A stretch of DNA of 45,674 nucleotides from assembly GCA_015064065.1 (NCBI GenBank), contig SVSY01000003.1, positions 1 through 45,674 on the forward strand, written 5' to 3'. Made by a program: the position numbers and the translations under genes. Positions 10,045 to 19,831 of the stretch are shown piece by piece (the first letter of the stretch is position 1; every line of letters begins with the position of its first letter). Under the pieces are notes generated by a model. It had not been told where the DNA came from. It worked only from the letters and a program-made list of their open reading frames with translations, and did not search any database. Source of the DNA: Oscillospiraceae bacterium (GTDB lineage Bacteria; Bacillota; Clostridia; Oscillospirales; CAG-272).

Positions 10045-10073
10045 TTGACGAAATTGCCGTAATATGATAAAAT
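10045..10073 (+). promoter_or_regulatory. Sigma-A promoter of GH3 gene 2
   Basis: TTGACG-N17-TAAAAT with extended TG; same core as the promoter at 7151. Confidence 0.65.
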
Positions 10074-10108
10074 ATATCTACCTATAATCAGATCGGAGAG
10101 GTGATTTT

Positions 10109-12934
10109 ATGAAGAAAGATCTTGTTTTCAGGATAATTTCCTGCATATTGCTTTTGTCGATGCTTGCCGCGACCTTCGTTGGCTGCTCGAAAAAGAAGGA
10201 TGAGACGCCTAAAGAGACTCAGCCTGAGGCTACCGAAGCGCCTACCGAAGACGTAACGGAGCCTGTTGAAGAGGAAGAGGAGGAAGAGTTGGATCTTCGC
10301 CATCCCGCAAACAGACGTTACGAGTATTCGGACACTATTCCGCTTTCACAAGCCGCAGCGGCAGAAGGAATGGTCCTGCTTAAAAACGAGGACGAGGTGC
10401 TTCCGCTTATTTACGACGAAAACGTCGCTTTGTTCGGAAATGCCGTAATGAACCTCGTGGACGGAGCTGCGGGCTCTGCAAACGTTAACAACTCCCATAC
10501 CGTCAGCCTTCTCGAAGGAATGCTTGAAAAGCAGGCTGAAGAGAAGATAAGCGTGAACGAGCAGATGGCAGTTGCTTATGCCCAGATCGAGAATTACGTA
10601 CCTACCTTGGAAGAGCTCAAGGAGGCTCGCAAGGAGTCTAACGTTGCTGTGTATACCGTTACCCGTAATTCGAAGGACGGATCTGACCGCGACGACGTTC
10701 TCGGCGATTATTATCTGTCTGCCGACGAGATCAAGATGATAGAAAGCATTATCGAGGCAGGTTTTGACGACGTGATCGTAGTAGTCAATTCGGGAGGTAT
10801 CATAGATACCACTAAGATGCTTTCATATCCTGAGGTGAAGGCGATACTTTTTGCTTGGCTCCCCGGTGAGTACGGCGGTGCTGCTATCTCTGACATACTC
10901 GTTGGCGATATAACTCCGAGCGGAAAGCTTACCGATACGCTTGCAAAGCGATATAAGGACTATCCTTCATATACGACTTCCTCGGATAAGAAGTTTACCG
11001 ATTATAAGGAAGATATTTACGTAGGTTACAGATATTTCGAGACCTTTGATGCCGGCTATAAGACGGTAAATTTTGAGTTTGGATTTGGACTTTCGTATAC
11101 CGAATTTGAGTTCTCCGATGCGGAATTTAATTTCGAGGGCGATATTCTAACCGTGACCTGCAAGATAACCAACACGGGCAAATACACGGGTAAAGAAACG
11201 GCACAGCTCTATTTCTCCGCACCTCAGGGCGAGCTTGGAAAGCCTGCAAAGGAGCTTTGTGCCTTCGCAAAAACGAGGACCCTCCGTCCCGGAGAATCTC
11301 AGACGATAGCTATGTCCGTTGATATAAATGATTTCGCAAGCTATGACGATACAGGAAAGGTGCAGAAATCCGCTTATGTACTTGAGGCAGGAGAGTACGA
11401 GCTCTATCTCGGCTCGTCTATACGCCACGCTCAGCAGTCGGGTCTCGGATGTATGTTTACTCAGGACGAGACTGTAGTGGTGGAGCAGCTTTCGGAGCAG
11501 CTTCCCGCAAGACTTCTTAAGCAGAGATTGCTCGCAAACGGAGAGTACGAGAATATTTACAGAGAATATGAAATAGAGGAGCTTACCGCAAAGAGCGAAT
11601 GGAAGAGTGTTGAAGCACCCGCTGATACGGTAACTCTTGCAGACGTCAAGGATGATGCGTCGCTTATGCCCGCGTTCGTTGCACAGTTCACACCTCTTGA
11701 GCTTGTAAGAATGATATATGCTCATTCCGCAAAGGTAACGGGAGGCGAGGGAACGACCGAGCCGATGAGTAAGTACGGAGTTCCTTATATAAACACTGCA
11801 GACGGAACTGCAGGACTTCGTTTGTCACAATCCTGCACCGAATATCCCGTACAAACTGCACTTGGATGTACTTGGAACGTTGAGCTTCTTGAGAAGGTCG
11901 GTAAGGCAATAGCTAAGGAAGCAAAGGAAAAGCAGGTCCATATGTGGCTTGCACCCGCGGCAAATATTCACCGTGACCCGCTTGGAGGAGCAAACTTCGA
12001 GTTCTTCTCTGAGGATCCTTATCTTTCGGGAATCCTCGCTTCTGCGATCGTAAAGGGAGTTCAGAAGGAAGGCGTTGCTGCTTGCGTTAAGCATCTTGTA
12101 GGAAACGAAAAGGAGCTTAACCGTCAGGGCAACGATAGCAGAATGTCTGAAAGAGCTTTGCGCGAGATATATCTCCGCCCATTCCAAATAACCGTTGAAG
12201 AGGCTGACCCGTGGATGATGATGACATCGTATAATCTTATAAACGGTGTTAAAGCATCTGCAAGCTATTCGCTTCTGACCGAAATAGTCCGCAACGAGTG
12301 GGGCTATGAAGGTGTAATTTGTACCGACAGAAAGGTAAACACGCATCTTATTAACGAGCTTCTCGCAGGCTCGGATCTCAAGCTTCCTACAGGTGAGAGA
12401 GATGAAACGGTCAAGGCTTTCGAAGAAGGAAAGCTTACTCGCGCACTTCTTGAGGAGCACGCTGCAAGAGTTCTCGAACTCGTTATCAAGACTGCAGAGG
12501 TCAAGGACGAGACTATAGAGATAAGCGGAACGGCTAACAGCGTATTCAAGTCGGTAGACTTTGCACAGAAGAGCGACGGAATAGCTGTCGAAGATTGCAA
12601 GGATGAAGGCGGCACGCAGAATACAGGCGGTAACAGTAAAGATCAGTATCTCGTTTACAATCTTACCGTAAGACGAGCTATGGAATACGACGTTGCCGTA
12701 AGAGTAGCAAGCCCCGACGGTGCAGGCGCGTTCGACTTCTATATTGACAACAAGAAGGTCGCAAGCTATGATAACTCGACTGCAACGGGCGATTGGCAGA
12801 AGTGGGCAACGGCAGAGAATAAGGTCAGAATTTCGCTCCCCGCAGGCATACATACTCTTAAGATAGTATTTACCGAGGACGGATTGAACTTCAATACGCT
12901 TACTTTTACACCCGTACCTGCAGAGGCAGAATAA
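10109..12934 (+). CDS. Second GH3-CBM6 lipoprotein, tandem paralogue with altered active-site motifs
   Basis: Lipobox FVGC. Collinear with 7209..10001 throughout, but shows KDGSDR, GGANFE and TDR at the catalytic motifs. Confidence 0.88.
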   Translation: MKKDLVFRIISCILLLSMLAATFVGCSKKKDETPKETQPEATEAPTEDVTEPVEEEEEEELDLRHPANRRYEYSDTIPLSQAAAAEGMVLLKNEDEVLPLIYDENVALFGNAVMNLVDGAAGSANVNNSHTVSLLEGMLEKQAEEKISVNEQMAVAYAQIENYVPTLEELKEARKESNVAVYTVTRNSKDGSDRDDVLGDYYLSADEIKMIESIIEAGFDDVIVVVNSGGIIDTTKMLSYPEVKAILFAWLPGEYGGAAISDILVGDITPSGKLTDTLAKRYKDYPSYTTSSDKKFTDYKEDIYVGYRYFETFDAGYKTVNFEFGFGLSYTEFEFSDAEFNFEGDILTVTCKITNTGKYTGKETAQLYFSAPQGELGKPAKELCAFAKTRTLRPGESQTIAMSVDINDFASYDDTGKVQKSAYVLEAGEYELYLGSSIRHAQQSGLGCMFTQDETVVVEQLSEQLPARLLKQRLLANGEYENIYREYEIEELTAKSEWKSVEAPADTVTLADVKDDASLMPAFVAQFTPLELVRMIYAHSAKVTGGEGTTEPMSKYGVPYINTADGTAGLRLSQSCTEYPVQTALGCTWNVELLEKVGKAIAKEAKEKQVHMWLAPAANIHRDPLGGANFEFFSEDPYLSGILASAIVKGVQKEGVAACVKHLVGNEKELNRQGNDSRMSERALREIYLRPFQITVEEADPWMMMTSYNLINGVKASASYSLLTEIVRNEWGYEGVICTDRKVNTHLINELLAGSDLKLPTGERDETVKAFEEGKLTRALLEEHAARVLELVIKTAEVKDETIEISGTANSVFKSVDFAQKSDGIAVEDCKDEGGTQNTGGNSKDQYLVYNLTVRRAMEYDVAVRVASPDGAGAFDFYIDNKKVASYDNSTATGDWQKWATAENKVRISLPAGIHTLKIVFTEDGLNFNTLTFTPVPAEAE

Positions 12935-12941
12935 TAAAACT

Positions 12942-12972
12942 AAGGAGCGACTGAAAAAACAGCCGCTCCTTT
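12942..12972 (+). terminator. Probable terminator
   Basis: AAGGAGCGACTG-A6-CAGCCGCTCCTT hairpin. Confidence 0.55.
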
Positions 12973-13082
12973 AAATTTTTAGCCTGAAAAAGTAAAAATT
13001 TTATAAAAACTATTGCAAAATCAATAAAAATATATTATTATATAAGTGGAAGAATTTTTTGAATAACGGAGGACGTGTATAT

Positions 13083-14135
13083 ATGATTTTTGAGCAGACT
13101 GCAAGCAAGGATTACGGAGTAGATATAAGAGTAGTAGGCGTAGGCGGCGGAGGAAGCAACGCGGTAAACCGAATGATCGCATCGGGACTTCAGGGCGTCG
13201 AATTCATCGCGATCAATACCGATAAGCAGGCACTTCGCAAGTGCACCGCTCCCACACAGCTTGCCATAGGCGAAAAGATAACTAACGGATTTGGCGCAGG
13301 CTCTAACCCCGAGATAGGTAAGAGAGCGGCAGACGAGGCATATAACGAGATAAAGAAGCTCCTTTCGGGTGCAGATATGGTATTTCTCACCGCGGGAATG
13401 GGCGGCGGAACGGGAACGGGTGCTACTCCTATCGTCGCTAAGGCTGCAAGAGAGATGGACATTCTAACCGTCGGTGTTGTTACAACTCCTTTCGGATTTG
13501 AGGGCAAGAAGAGAATGAATCAGGCAAGCGAGGGCATCGAGGAGATATCTCAGTACGTTGACTCGCTCGTAGTCATTCCCAACGACAGACTTAAGCTCGT
13601 ATCCGATGCAAGAATAACTCTTGCAAACGCTTTCTCTGAGGCTGACGACGTGCTCCGCCGCGGAGTTCAAAGTATTTCTGACCTTATCAACGTACCCGGA
13701 TTTATCAATATAGACTTTGCTGACGTTACCTCGGTACTCGCAGACTCGGGCGTTGCATATATGGGTATGGGACGCGCAAACGGAAAGGACAAGGCTCAGG
13801 AGGCTGCTACTATGGCTATAACGAGTCCTCTCCTTGAGACCTCTATCAAGGGTGCAAAGGGAGTTATCATAAGCATTTCGGCTTCTTCTGACGTAGGACT
13901 TGAGGACGTTGATATCGCATCTACTATGATAGCTAACGAGTGCAATCCCGACGCAAGCGTCATTTGGGGCGTTGCGTTTGATCCTGATCTTGAGGACGAG
14001 ATGAGAATAACCATCATCGCGGCAAATTTCGAGCCCGTCGAGACCGAGGCTACGGTAGAAGTAGTTGAGGAGAAGAAGGAAGAGAAGGAAGCTCCCAAGA
14101 AGCAGGAAGACGATTTCTTCGCAGGAATGTTTTAA
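13083..14135 (+). CDS. ftsZ: Cell division protein FtsZ
   Basis: [23 protein letters not shown] tubulin signature, NIDFAD T7 loop. Start ATG 13083 behind GGAGG. Confidence 0.95.
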   Translation: MIFEQTASKDYGVDIRVVGVGGGGSNAVNRMIASGLQGVEFIAINTDKQALRKCTAPTQLAIGEKITNGFGAGSNPEIGKRAADEAYNEIKKLLSGADMVFLTAGMGGGTGTGATPIVAKAAREMDILTVGVVTTPFGFEGKKRMNQASEGIEEISQYVDSLVVIPNDRLKLVSDARITLANAFSEADDVLRRGVQSISDLINVPGFINIDFADVTSVLADSGVAYMGMGRANGKDKAQEAATMAITSPLLETSIKGAKGVIISISASSDVGLEDVDIASTMIANECNPDASVIWGVAFDPDLEDEMRITIIAANFEPVETEATVEVVEEKKEEKEAPKKQEDDFFAGMF

Positions 14136-14148
14136 TTGAAAGATAAAA

Positions 14149-14183
14149 GCGAGGCTTGATCAATCAAGCCTCGCAATTTTTTT
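14149..14183 (+). terminator. Intrinsic terminator between convergent ftsZ and melA
   Basis: GCGAGGCTTGAT-CA-ATCAAGCCTCGC followed by a T tract. Confidence 0.8.
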
Positions 14184-14235
14184 TGATAGTGTTTATGCTT
14201 TTTCGCAGTGCTTATTCGTCCAAGGAAGCGCGCCG

Positions 14236-15561
14236 TCAAGCCTTATACCAAGGCAGATAATCCTTGTTCTGCTCAAGCATTTCGGTGACCATTTGCTGAA
14301 TTTCATCAAGCGTCAGGACCGCAGAGGTGAGCGGGTCAAATGCACAAGCCCAAAATACTTTTCTTGCATCGCCCTCAAGCGCTGCCTGAACTGCGAGCTC
14401 TTCGCAACGAGCGGTAGTGTTGATAAGAACTGCAAGCTGATCGGGAAGCGCACCTACCGCTACCGACTCAAGACTGTTTTTGCTTGCTACCACGGGTACT
14501 TCTACACAGCAACCGTAGGGAAGATTGTCGATAAGATTGAAGTTGCGGACGTTGCCGTTGAATTTGAATATGGTGTTATCTCCGAATACCGCATTGAAGA
14601 TATATGCCGCGTACTCACCGCCGCGCGAAAGATCAAGCTCCTCGTCGGGCTTGTTGAGAAAATCGTTGATGTCATTTCTCCAATTATCCTTTCGTGCCGT
14701 ATAGGTATCAAGGATATACGCGTGCTTGCCGGGATTCCAATTAGTGCCGTTTGTGCAATACTTGTCGATGAGGTCAGCACGCTTGCGGTACCAGGAAACG
14801 TATTCACTGTTGTGACCACTACTTTCGGTAACGTAATAGTCGAGGTTGAGGAACATATTGTTACGGACTTGTTCAGCATTAAGTATTTCGGGATCTTTCA
14901 TAGCTTCCTTGAGAAGAGGATACATATCCTTTCCGTTCCACTTGAGGTCAAGATAGAAAGCCTGATGGTTTACACCCGCGCAGGTGTAAGTGACGTCCTT
15001 GGGGTCAGCTCCCACCCATCTTGCAAGCATTCCTGCAGTGCCTTGAACGCTGTGGCAAAGACCCGTTATCTTAAGATTCGGGAATTTTTCCTGCATTGCA
15101 CGGCACAGCATAGCCATGGGATTTGTGTAGTTAAGGAATATTGCATTAGGACAGTATTTTTCGATATCAGCACAAATGTCGAGCATTACGGGAATGGTAC
15201 GCAAAGCACGGAAAATTCCTGCAGGACCGCGGGTGTCACCAACGTTTATGTCAACACCGTACTTTTTGGGAATGAGAATGTCGTGCTGCCATACCTCAAC
15301 ATCACCCGAAAGTATAGTGCAGAGAACACCGTCAGCACCCTTGAGCGCTTCAACTCTGTCGGTAGTTGCGGTTATCTTTGCGGGATAGTTTCCTGCTTTT
15401 ACTATCTTTTCGCAGGCGCGCTTTATGTAATCAAGACGTTCCTCGTCGATATCCATAAGAGCGATCTCAGCGTCGGCAAAAGCGGGAAAGGTTAAAAGGT
15501 CTTTTACAAGAGTGCGGGTAAAGCCGAAGCTTCCACCGCCGATAAATGCAAATTTTTTCAT
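14236..15561 (-). CDS. melA: Alpha-galactosidase, GH4 (NAD+/Mn2+-dependent)
   Basis: [32 protein letters not shown] and ESSGH motifs. Confidence 0.92.
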   Translation of the reverse strand: MKKFAFIGGGSFGFTRTLVKDLLTFPAFADAEIALMDIDEERLDYIKRACEKIVKAGNYPAKITATTDRVEALKGADGVLCTILSGDVEVWQHDILIPKKYGVDINVGDTRGPAGIFRALRTIPVMLDICADIEKYCPNAIFLNYTNPMAMLCRAMQEKFPNLKITGLCHSVQGTAGMLARWVGADPKDVTYTCAGVNHQAFYLDLKWNGKDMYPLLKEAMKDPEILNAEQVRNNMFLNLDYYVTESSGHNSEYVSWYRKRADLIDKYCTNGTNWNPGKHAYILDTYTARKDNWRNDINDFLNKPDEELDLSRGGEYAAYIFNAVFGDNTIFKFNGNVRNFNLIDNLPYGCCVEVPVVASKNSLESVAVGALPDQLAVLINTTARCEELAVQAALEGDARKVFWACAFDPLTSAVLTLDEIQQMVTEMLEQNKDYLPWYKA

Positions 15562-15675
15562 ATCAGAACTCCTTTCGTTCTTTAACTGATTAAAGTTTAA
15601 CGCAAAAATATTATTTTGTCTATTGATTTTTGTCGCAGGTTTATGGTATAATGTCTACAAAGCGAGGTGGATCTT

Positions 15676-16494
15676 ATGAGTAATGCTTGCAATATGACTA
15701 TAGAGCTTCCAAAAAAACAATATCAAGGACTCATTCCCGTGAGCAGCGGGGAAGAAAGATGCGCCCCCAATCATTATTGGGGCGCGGGTGTTAGGGATAC
15801 CTATCTTATACACTACGTGATATCGGGAAAGGGCATTTTTTACTGCGGTACGGGGAAATATACTGTTCGGCGAGGTCAGGCATTCGTTATCTTTCCCGGT
15901 ACGATAGTTAAATACCAAGCCGACTCGAAAGATCCGTGGCATTATGCGTGGGTGTCATTTAACGGAGATGAAACAAAAGAGATATTTGCTCAGGCAAAGA
16001 TAACTTTACAGTCTCCCGTGCTAAATCTTAGCGACGCGGAGAGTGTTATAGGAATTTTAAAGGATATGCCTTCTGAGCGAAGTGCGGATATGGCAAATAA
16101 TCTGAAATTCTGTGCAAGGTTATATGAGTTTTTGTCTCTGCTTTTGAGTTCAAACAAAATAGAAAAGAGTACAGAAAACGCATATCTTACTACTGCACGG
16201 CGTTATATAAAAGCTCACTACAGTGAAGATATTACCGTAGAACAGGTCGCGTCGCATATAGGAATAAGCCGAAAATATCTATTCGCCATTTTTAAAAAGT
16301 CTCTTGGAATATCTCCAAAGGAATATATAATAGAATGTCGCTTAAAGAGAGCAAAAGAATTTCTTTCCGACCGCGAGCTGTCTGTTGCGAACATAGCCTA
16401 TTCCGTAGGCTATAAGGACCCTCTCAATTTTTCAAAAATGTTCAAGCTAAAAACGGGAAGCTCTCCAAGCGAGTACCGAGAAAATATGCTTTAA
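15676..16494 (+). CDS. AraC-family regulator (MsmR/RafR-like), divergent from melA
   Basis: N-terminal cupin (YLIHYVISGKG, PWHYAWV) and C-terminal IAYSVGYKDPLNFSKMFK HTH. Confidence 0.92.
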   Translation: MSNACNMTIELPKKQYQGLIPVSSGEERCAPNHYWGAGVRDTYLIHYVISGKGIFYCGTGKYTVRRGQAFVIFPGTIVKYQADSKDPWHYAWVSFNGDETKEIFAQAKITLQSPVLNLSDAESVIGILKDMPSERSADMANNLKFCARLYEFLSLLLSSNKIEKSTENAYLTTARRYIKAHYSEDITVEQVASHIGISRKYLFAIFKKSLGISPKEYIIECRLKRAKEFLSDRELSVANIAYSVGYKDPLNFSKMFKLKTGSSPSEYRENML

Positions 16495-16516
16495 TAATAC
16501 GATATATCTTATAAAA

Positions 16517-16568
16517 AAGGACTGTTTCATTCAGAGGCAGATGTTCTGCGCCGAATAAAGCAGTCCTT
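16517..16568. terminator. Long interrupted hairpin after the araC gene
   Basis: AAGGACTGTTT..ATTC..GCAGA / TCTGC..GAAT..AAGCAGTCCTT. Confidence 0.5.
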
Positions 16569-16574
16569 AAAATC

Positions 16575-16809
16575 GGGGCTGCTTGATTTAGATGCAGAAG
16601 TCGAGTTCTTGGTTTCGTCGGCGTACAAAGGTACGGCAGAGACCAAGAACGCGGCTAAAAAACACACATAAAAATGAATTTTGAGAGCCTCGGCTTGAAA
16701 AATTCTACAAAAGAACCGCTCTTACTATCGACTTTTTGATAGCAAAAGCGGTTCTCTTTTTTTATTTTATTTTTGTGTGTTTTTGTTCTGCGCTAAAGGA
16801 AGCAGTCCC
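16575..16809 (+). other. Multibranch structured intergenic element (candidate ncRNA or REP/MITE-like element)
   Basis: Nested stems visible by eye; see findings. Confidence 0.55.
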
Positions 16810-18140
16810 TAATTAATTACCGAGATTTTTTCTATTCCGTAGTAGAGCATCAGCTCGGCTGAGCGCTTGTCGATGATCTCACCGCTCATAACGATAGGTA
16901 CTGCGGGTGGGCAGGACACAGTGGGAGACGCGCATATTCTGCCGACAGAGTCGCTCGTCGCTACCGTCTCGCTTGCTGAAAACACAGCCTCGCGGATAGA
17001 TAGCGCGCGCTCGGGAACGCTTGGAAGAGGCGGCTCAGTGCTCGCGGTGCTTTTAGGCTCAAGCGAGAGCAGAGCCTTCTCGAGCCGATCAAAGTCAGTC
17101 GGCGTGAGTGACGGAGTCGCCATAAGCACGAGCGCATCGGCATCGTAAAATTCAGGCTCTATGAACGCTTCCCGCAGTATATCTGCAAGCTCGAAGCCCG
17201 AATAAGAACATTTACTCTTGGTCAGCACAAGCTTGAGCGGCTCGCTTTGTTCAACTGCTACGGAGCGATCTGCAAGTGCTTTTTTTATCGAGTCAAATCG
17301 TTTTATACATTCTTTTAACTCAGTGCAATATTCTCCCGCAAGATACTCGTTGCACAGATCGAGCGATTGGAGTATCAGATATGATGGGCTCGTCGATGCG
17401 AAAAGCGCGAGCGCGGCTCTGATCTCGTCTTTGTCTGCGGGATAGCTTTTAGATACGTGCAGATAAGCGCCGCCCGTGAGAACGGGAAGTGTCTTGTGTG
17501 CCGAATCGGAGCACATATCCGCACCAAGCGCAAGCGGGTGGAGTGACGGTTCAATAAAGGCGAGATACGCTCCGTGCGCGTTATCTACGAGCAGAGGAAT
17601 ACCGTACGCGTGGCATACGTCGGAAAGCCTTGCGATGTCGGCTATATTTCCAAGATAATCGGGAGAGGTGACGTAAACGGCGTCGGGAAGAGAAGTCATA
17701 GCGTTAAGCTTCGTTTCAAGCGTGTTCGGCGTAACTTCGCAGGAGCAAAGATGCGTAAATTGCTCGGGATATATCCATTCTGCGTCGATGTCGAGCAGAG
17801 CGCAGGCATATACGAACGCTTTATGCACGTTGCGCGCGGCAAGCACGGTGGTGCGCTCTCCTTGCGAGCGTTTTTTTATGAGTGCGAGCATAGCCTTTAT
17901 TGCAAGCGTTGAGCCTTCGGTAGAGTAGAAGCTGTGTCCTGATCCAAAGAGCGCAGATGCATAGCTCTCGCTTTCTGCGATTATTCCGTCCGCGCCGTAG
18001 AGCACGTCAGCACCCGAGATCTCGGTAATGTCGAGTGCCTCACAGCCGAGCACCGATCTGCCCTTGTGACCGGGCATATGAAATCTTGAAGTGCCGCTTT
18101 CTGCATATTTTTTTACGAAGTCCGCGATCGGCGTCTTCAT
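16809..18140 (-). CDS. Orn/Lys/Arg decarboxylase family PLP enzyme (YaaO-like)
   Basis: FHMPGHKG, RNVHKA, VDNAHGAY, SAHKT (PLP Lys), STSPSY and PPAVP motifs. Confidence 0.88.
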   Translation of the reverse strand: MKTPIADFVKKYAESGTSRFHMPGHKGRSVLGCEALDITEISGADVLYGADGIIAESESYASALFGSGHSFYSTEGSTLAIKAMLALIKKRSQGERTTVLAARNVHKAFVYACALLDIDAEWIYPEQFTHLCSCEVTPNTLETKLNAMTSLPDAVYVTSPDYLGNIADIARLSDVCHAYGIPLLVDNAHGAYLAFIEPSLHPLALGADMCSDSAHKTLPVLTGGAYLHVSKSYPADKDEIRAALALFASTSPSYLILQSLDLCNEYLAGEYCTELKECIKRFDSIKKALADRSVAVEQSEPLKLVLTKSKCSYSGFELADILREAFIEPEFYDADALVLMATPSLTPTDFDRLEKALLSLEPKSTASTEPPLPSVPERALSIREAVFSASETVATSDSVGRICASPTVSCPPAVPIVMSGEIIDKRSAELMLYYGIEKISVIN

Positions 18141-18141
18141 A

Positions 18142-19515
18142 TTATTCCTCCGATTCTGCTACCTGCATCATTACTGCGCATTCTATACGCTTTTTGAAAA
18201 GCTCACAGCCGTATTTATATACGCCGCCGATGCTTCCCGTTGCGTGATAGGAGTTCGCGGCACAGCCGCCCGAGCAGTAAAGTCTTGCCCAGCAATCCTT
18301 ACATTCGGGTCTTGCGTATGCGTTGCAGGAGCGGAACTCGTCCTGAATTTCGGTGTTGGTCACACCGTCGAATATATTTCCGAGGCTGTATTTGGGGTCT
18401 CCGACGAACTGATGACAGGGGAAGAGCTCGCCCCAAGGGGTGACAGCCATATATTCCGTACCCGAGCCGCAGCCGGTTATTCTCTTATAGATGCAAGGAC
18501 CGTTCTTGAGGTCGAGCATATAGTGGTAGAATGTGAAGGGTCTGCCTTCCTTTTTTCTCTTGAGCATTTCCTTTGCGAGTATCTCATACTGCTCGAATAT
18601 CTTAGGCATATCCTCTTCGGTGAGAGCATAAGGGTCGTCGGGCGGGCAGACTACGGGCTCCATACTAAGCTCTGTAAATCCGAGATCTGCCATATGGAAG
18701 AGATCGTTGGTAAAGTCAACGTTGTTGTGCGTGAACGTGCCTCTGACGTAATAATTTTTGCCCTCGCGTGCTTCTACGAGCTTTTGAAATTTGGGAACTA
18801 TTTTGTCATAGCTTCCGTTACCCGCGTAATCGCGGCGGAAGTGGTCGTTTACTTCCTTTCGTCCGTCAAGGCTGAGAACTACGTTGCTCATTTCCTTGTT
18901 GAGAAAATCGATGACCTCGTCGTCTATGAGTATGCCGTTCGTGGTAAGCGTAAATCTGAAGTTCTTATTGTGCTGTTTTTCAATGCTTCTCGCATAAGCT
19001 ACAAGCTGTTTTACGACGTCCCAGTTCATAAGGGGCTCGCCGCCGAAAAAGTCTACCTCAAGGTTTTTGCGAGTGCCTGAATGCTCGATAAGAAAATCAA
19101 ACGCGCGCTTTCCGACCTCAAAGCTCATAAGAGCTCTGTCGCCCTGATATTTACCCTGACTTGCAAAGCAGTAGGAGCAATTGAGATTGCAGGTGTGCGC
19201 AACGTGCAGACAGAGAGCCTTGATGACCTTGCTGTTGTTTTTGTAGTTGCAGGCAAGCTGCTCGTACTCGTCGACGGAGAAGAGCTTTCCCGCGTCTTCA
19301 AGTGCCTTTACGTCATCGATGCAGTCAAGTATCTCATCTTCTGTTACGTCGGGCAGATCGCCGTAGCGCTCGAGTATAGTTTTTACTATCTGCTCGGGCG
19401 AGTGTGTTTTGTACATTTCTATAATGTCGTATGCGACCTCGTCAACGGTATGTACCGAGCCGCTTGCGGTGTCGAGGACGATGTTATATCCGTTAAGCTT
19501 ATACTGGTGTACCAT
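18142..19515 (-). CDS. scfB: SCIFF/ranthipeptide radical SAM maturase
   Basis: CNLNCSYC radical SAM motif, FFGGEPL, and SPASM cysteines (CGSG..PCHQF..CKDC..CSGGC). Directly downstream of scfA. Confidence 0.95.
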   Translation of the reverse strand: MVHQYKLNGYNIVLDTASGSVHTVDEVAYDIIEMYKTHSPEQIVKTILERYGDLPDVTEDEILDCIDDVKALEDAGKLFSVDEYEQLACNYKNNSKVIKALCLHVAHTCNLNCSYCFASQGKYQGDRALMSFEVGKRAFDFLIEHSGTRKNLEVDFFGGEPLMNWDVVKQLVAYARSIEKQHNKNFRFTLTTNGILIDDEVIDFLNKEMSNVVLSLDGRKEVNDHFRRDYAGNGSYDKIVPKFQKLVEAREGKNYYVRGTFTHNNVDFTNDLFHMADLGFTELSMEPVVCPPDDPYALTEEDMPKIFEQYEILAKEMLKRKKEGRPFTFYHYMLDLKNGPCIYKRITGCGSGTEYMAVTPWGELFPCHQFVGDPKYSLGNIFDGVTNTEIQDEFRSCNAYARPECKDCWARLYCSGGCAANSYHATGSIGGVYKYGCELFKKRIECAVMMQVAESEE

Positions 19516-19538
19516 AAATAACTCCTGAGTTTTAAAAT

Positions 19539-19572
19539 TAAAACGCTGTCTCGGTAAAAAGACAGCGTTTTA
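19539..19572 (-). terminator. Hairpin between scfA and scfB (attenuating or stabilising)
   Basis: TAAAACGCTGTCT..AGACAGCGTTTTA, 13-bp stem. Confidence 0.6.
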
Positions 19573-19587
19573 TCGGTTTCAAGGAAA

Positions 19588-19737
19588 TTAGTTGTTTTCC
19601 TTGTTCTCGCACTGCTGGTTTGCAACGCCGCAAGAGGTCTTGCAAGCGGACTGGCAAGAGGTCTGGCACTCGCCACAGCCACCGTTCTTAACGGTCTTAG
19701 CAATATCCTTAGTTTCAACAGTTTTGATTCTGCTCAT
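19588..19737 (-). CDS. scfA: Six-cysteine ranthipeptide precursor SCIFF (49 aa)
   Basis: Not in the ORF track. Manual translation MSRIKTVETKDIAKTVKNGGCGECQTSCQSACKTSCGVANQQCENKENN. RBS GGAGG. Confidence 0.97.
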   Translation of the reverse strand: MSRIKTVETKDIAKTVKNGGCGECQTSCQSACKTSCGVANQQCENKENN

Positions 19738-19775
19738 TTTTCAAGTCCTCCAAATCGGATTATTTTTACTGAATT

Positions 19776-19804
19776 ATTATAACACAAAGAGAGTGTGTTG
19801 TCAA
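19776..19804 (-). promoter_or_regulatory. Sigma-A promoter of scfA
   Basis: TTGACA-N17-TATAAT on the minus strand. Confidence 0.8.
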
Positions 19805-19831
19805 TAGGAATATAAAAAATGCTACGATATT

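Noticed and set aside
19419-19807. ORF-track calls 19419..19718 and 19592..19807
   Set aside because: Wrong frame or strand; the real gene is scfA at 19588..19737 (-).
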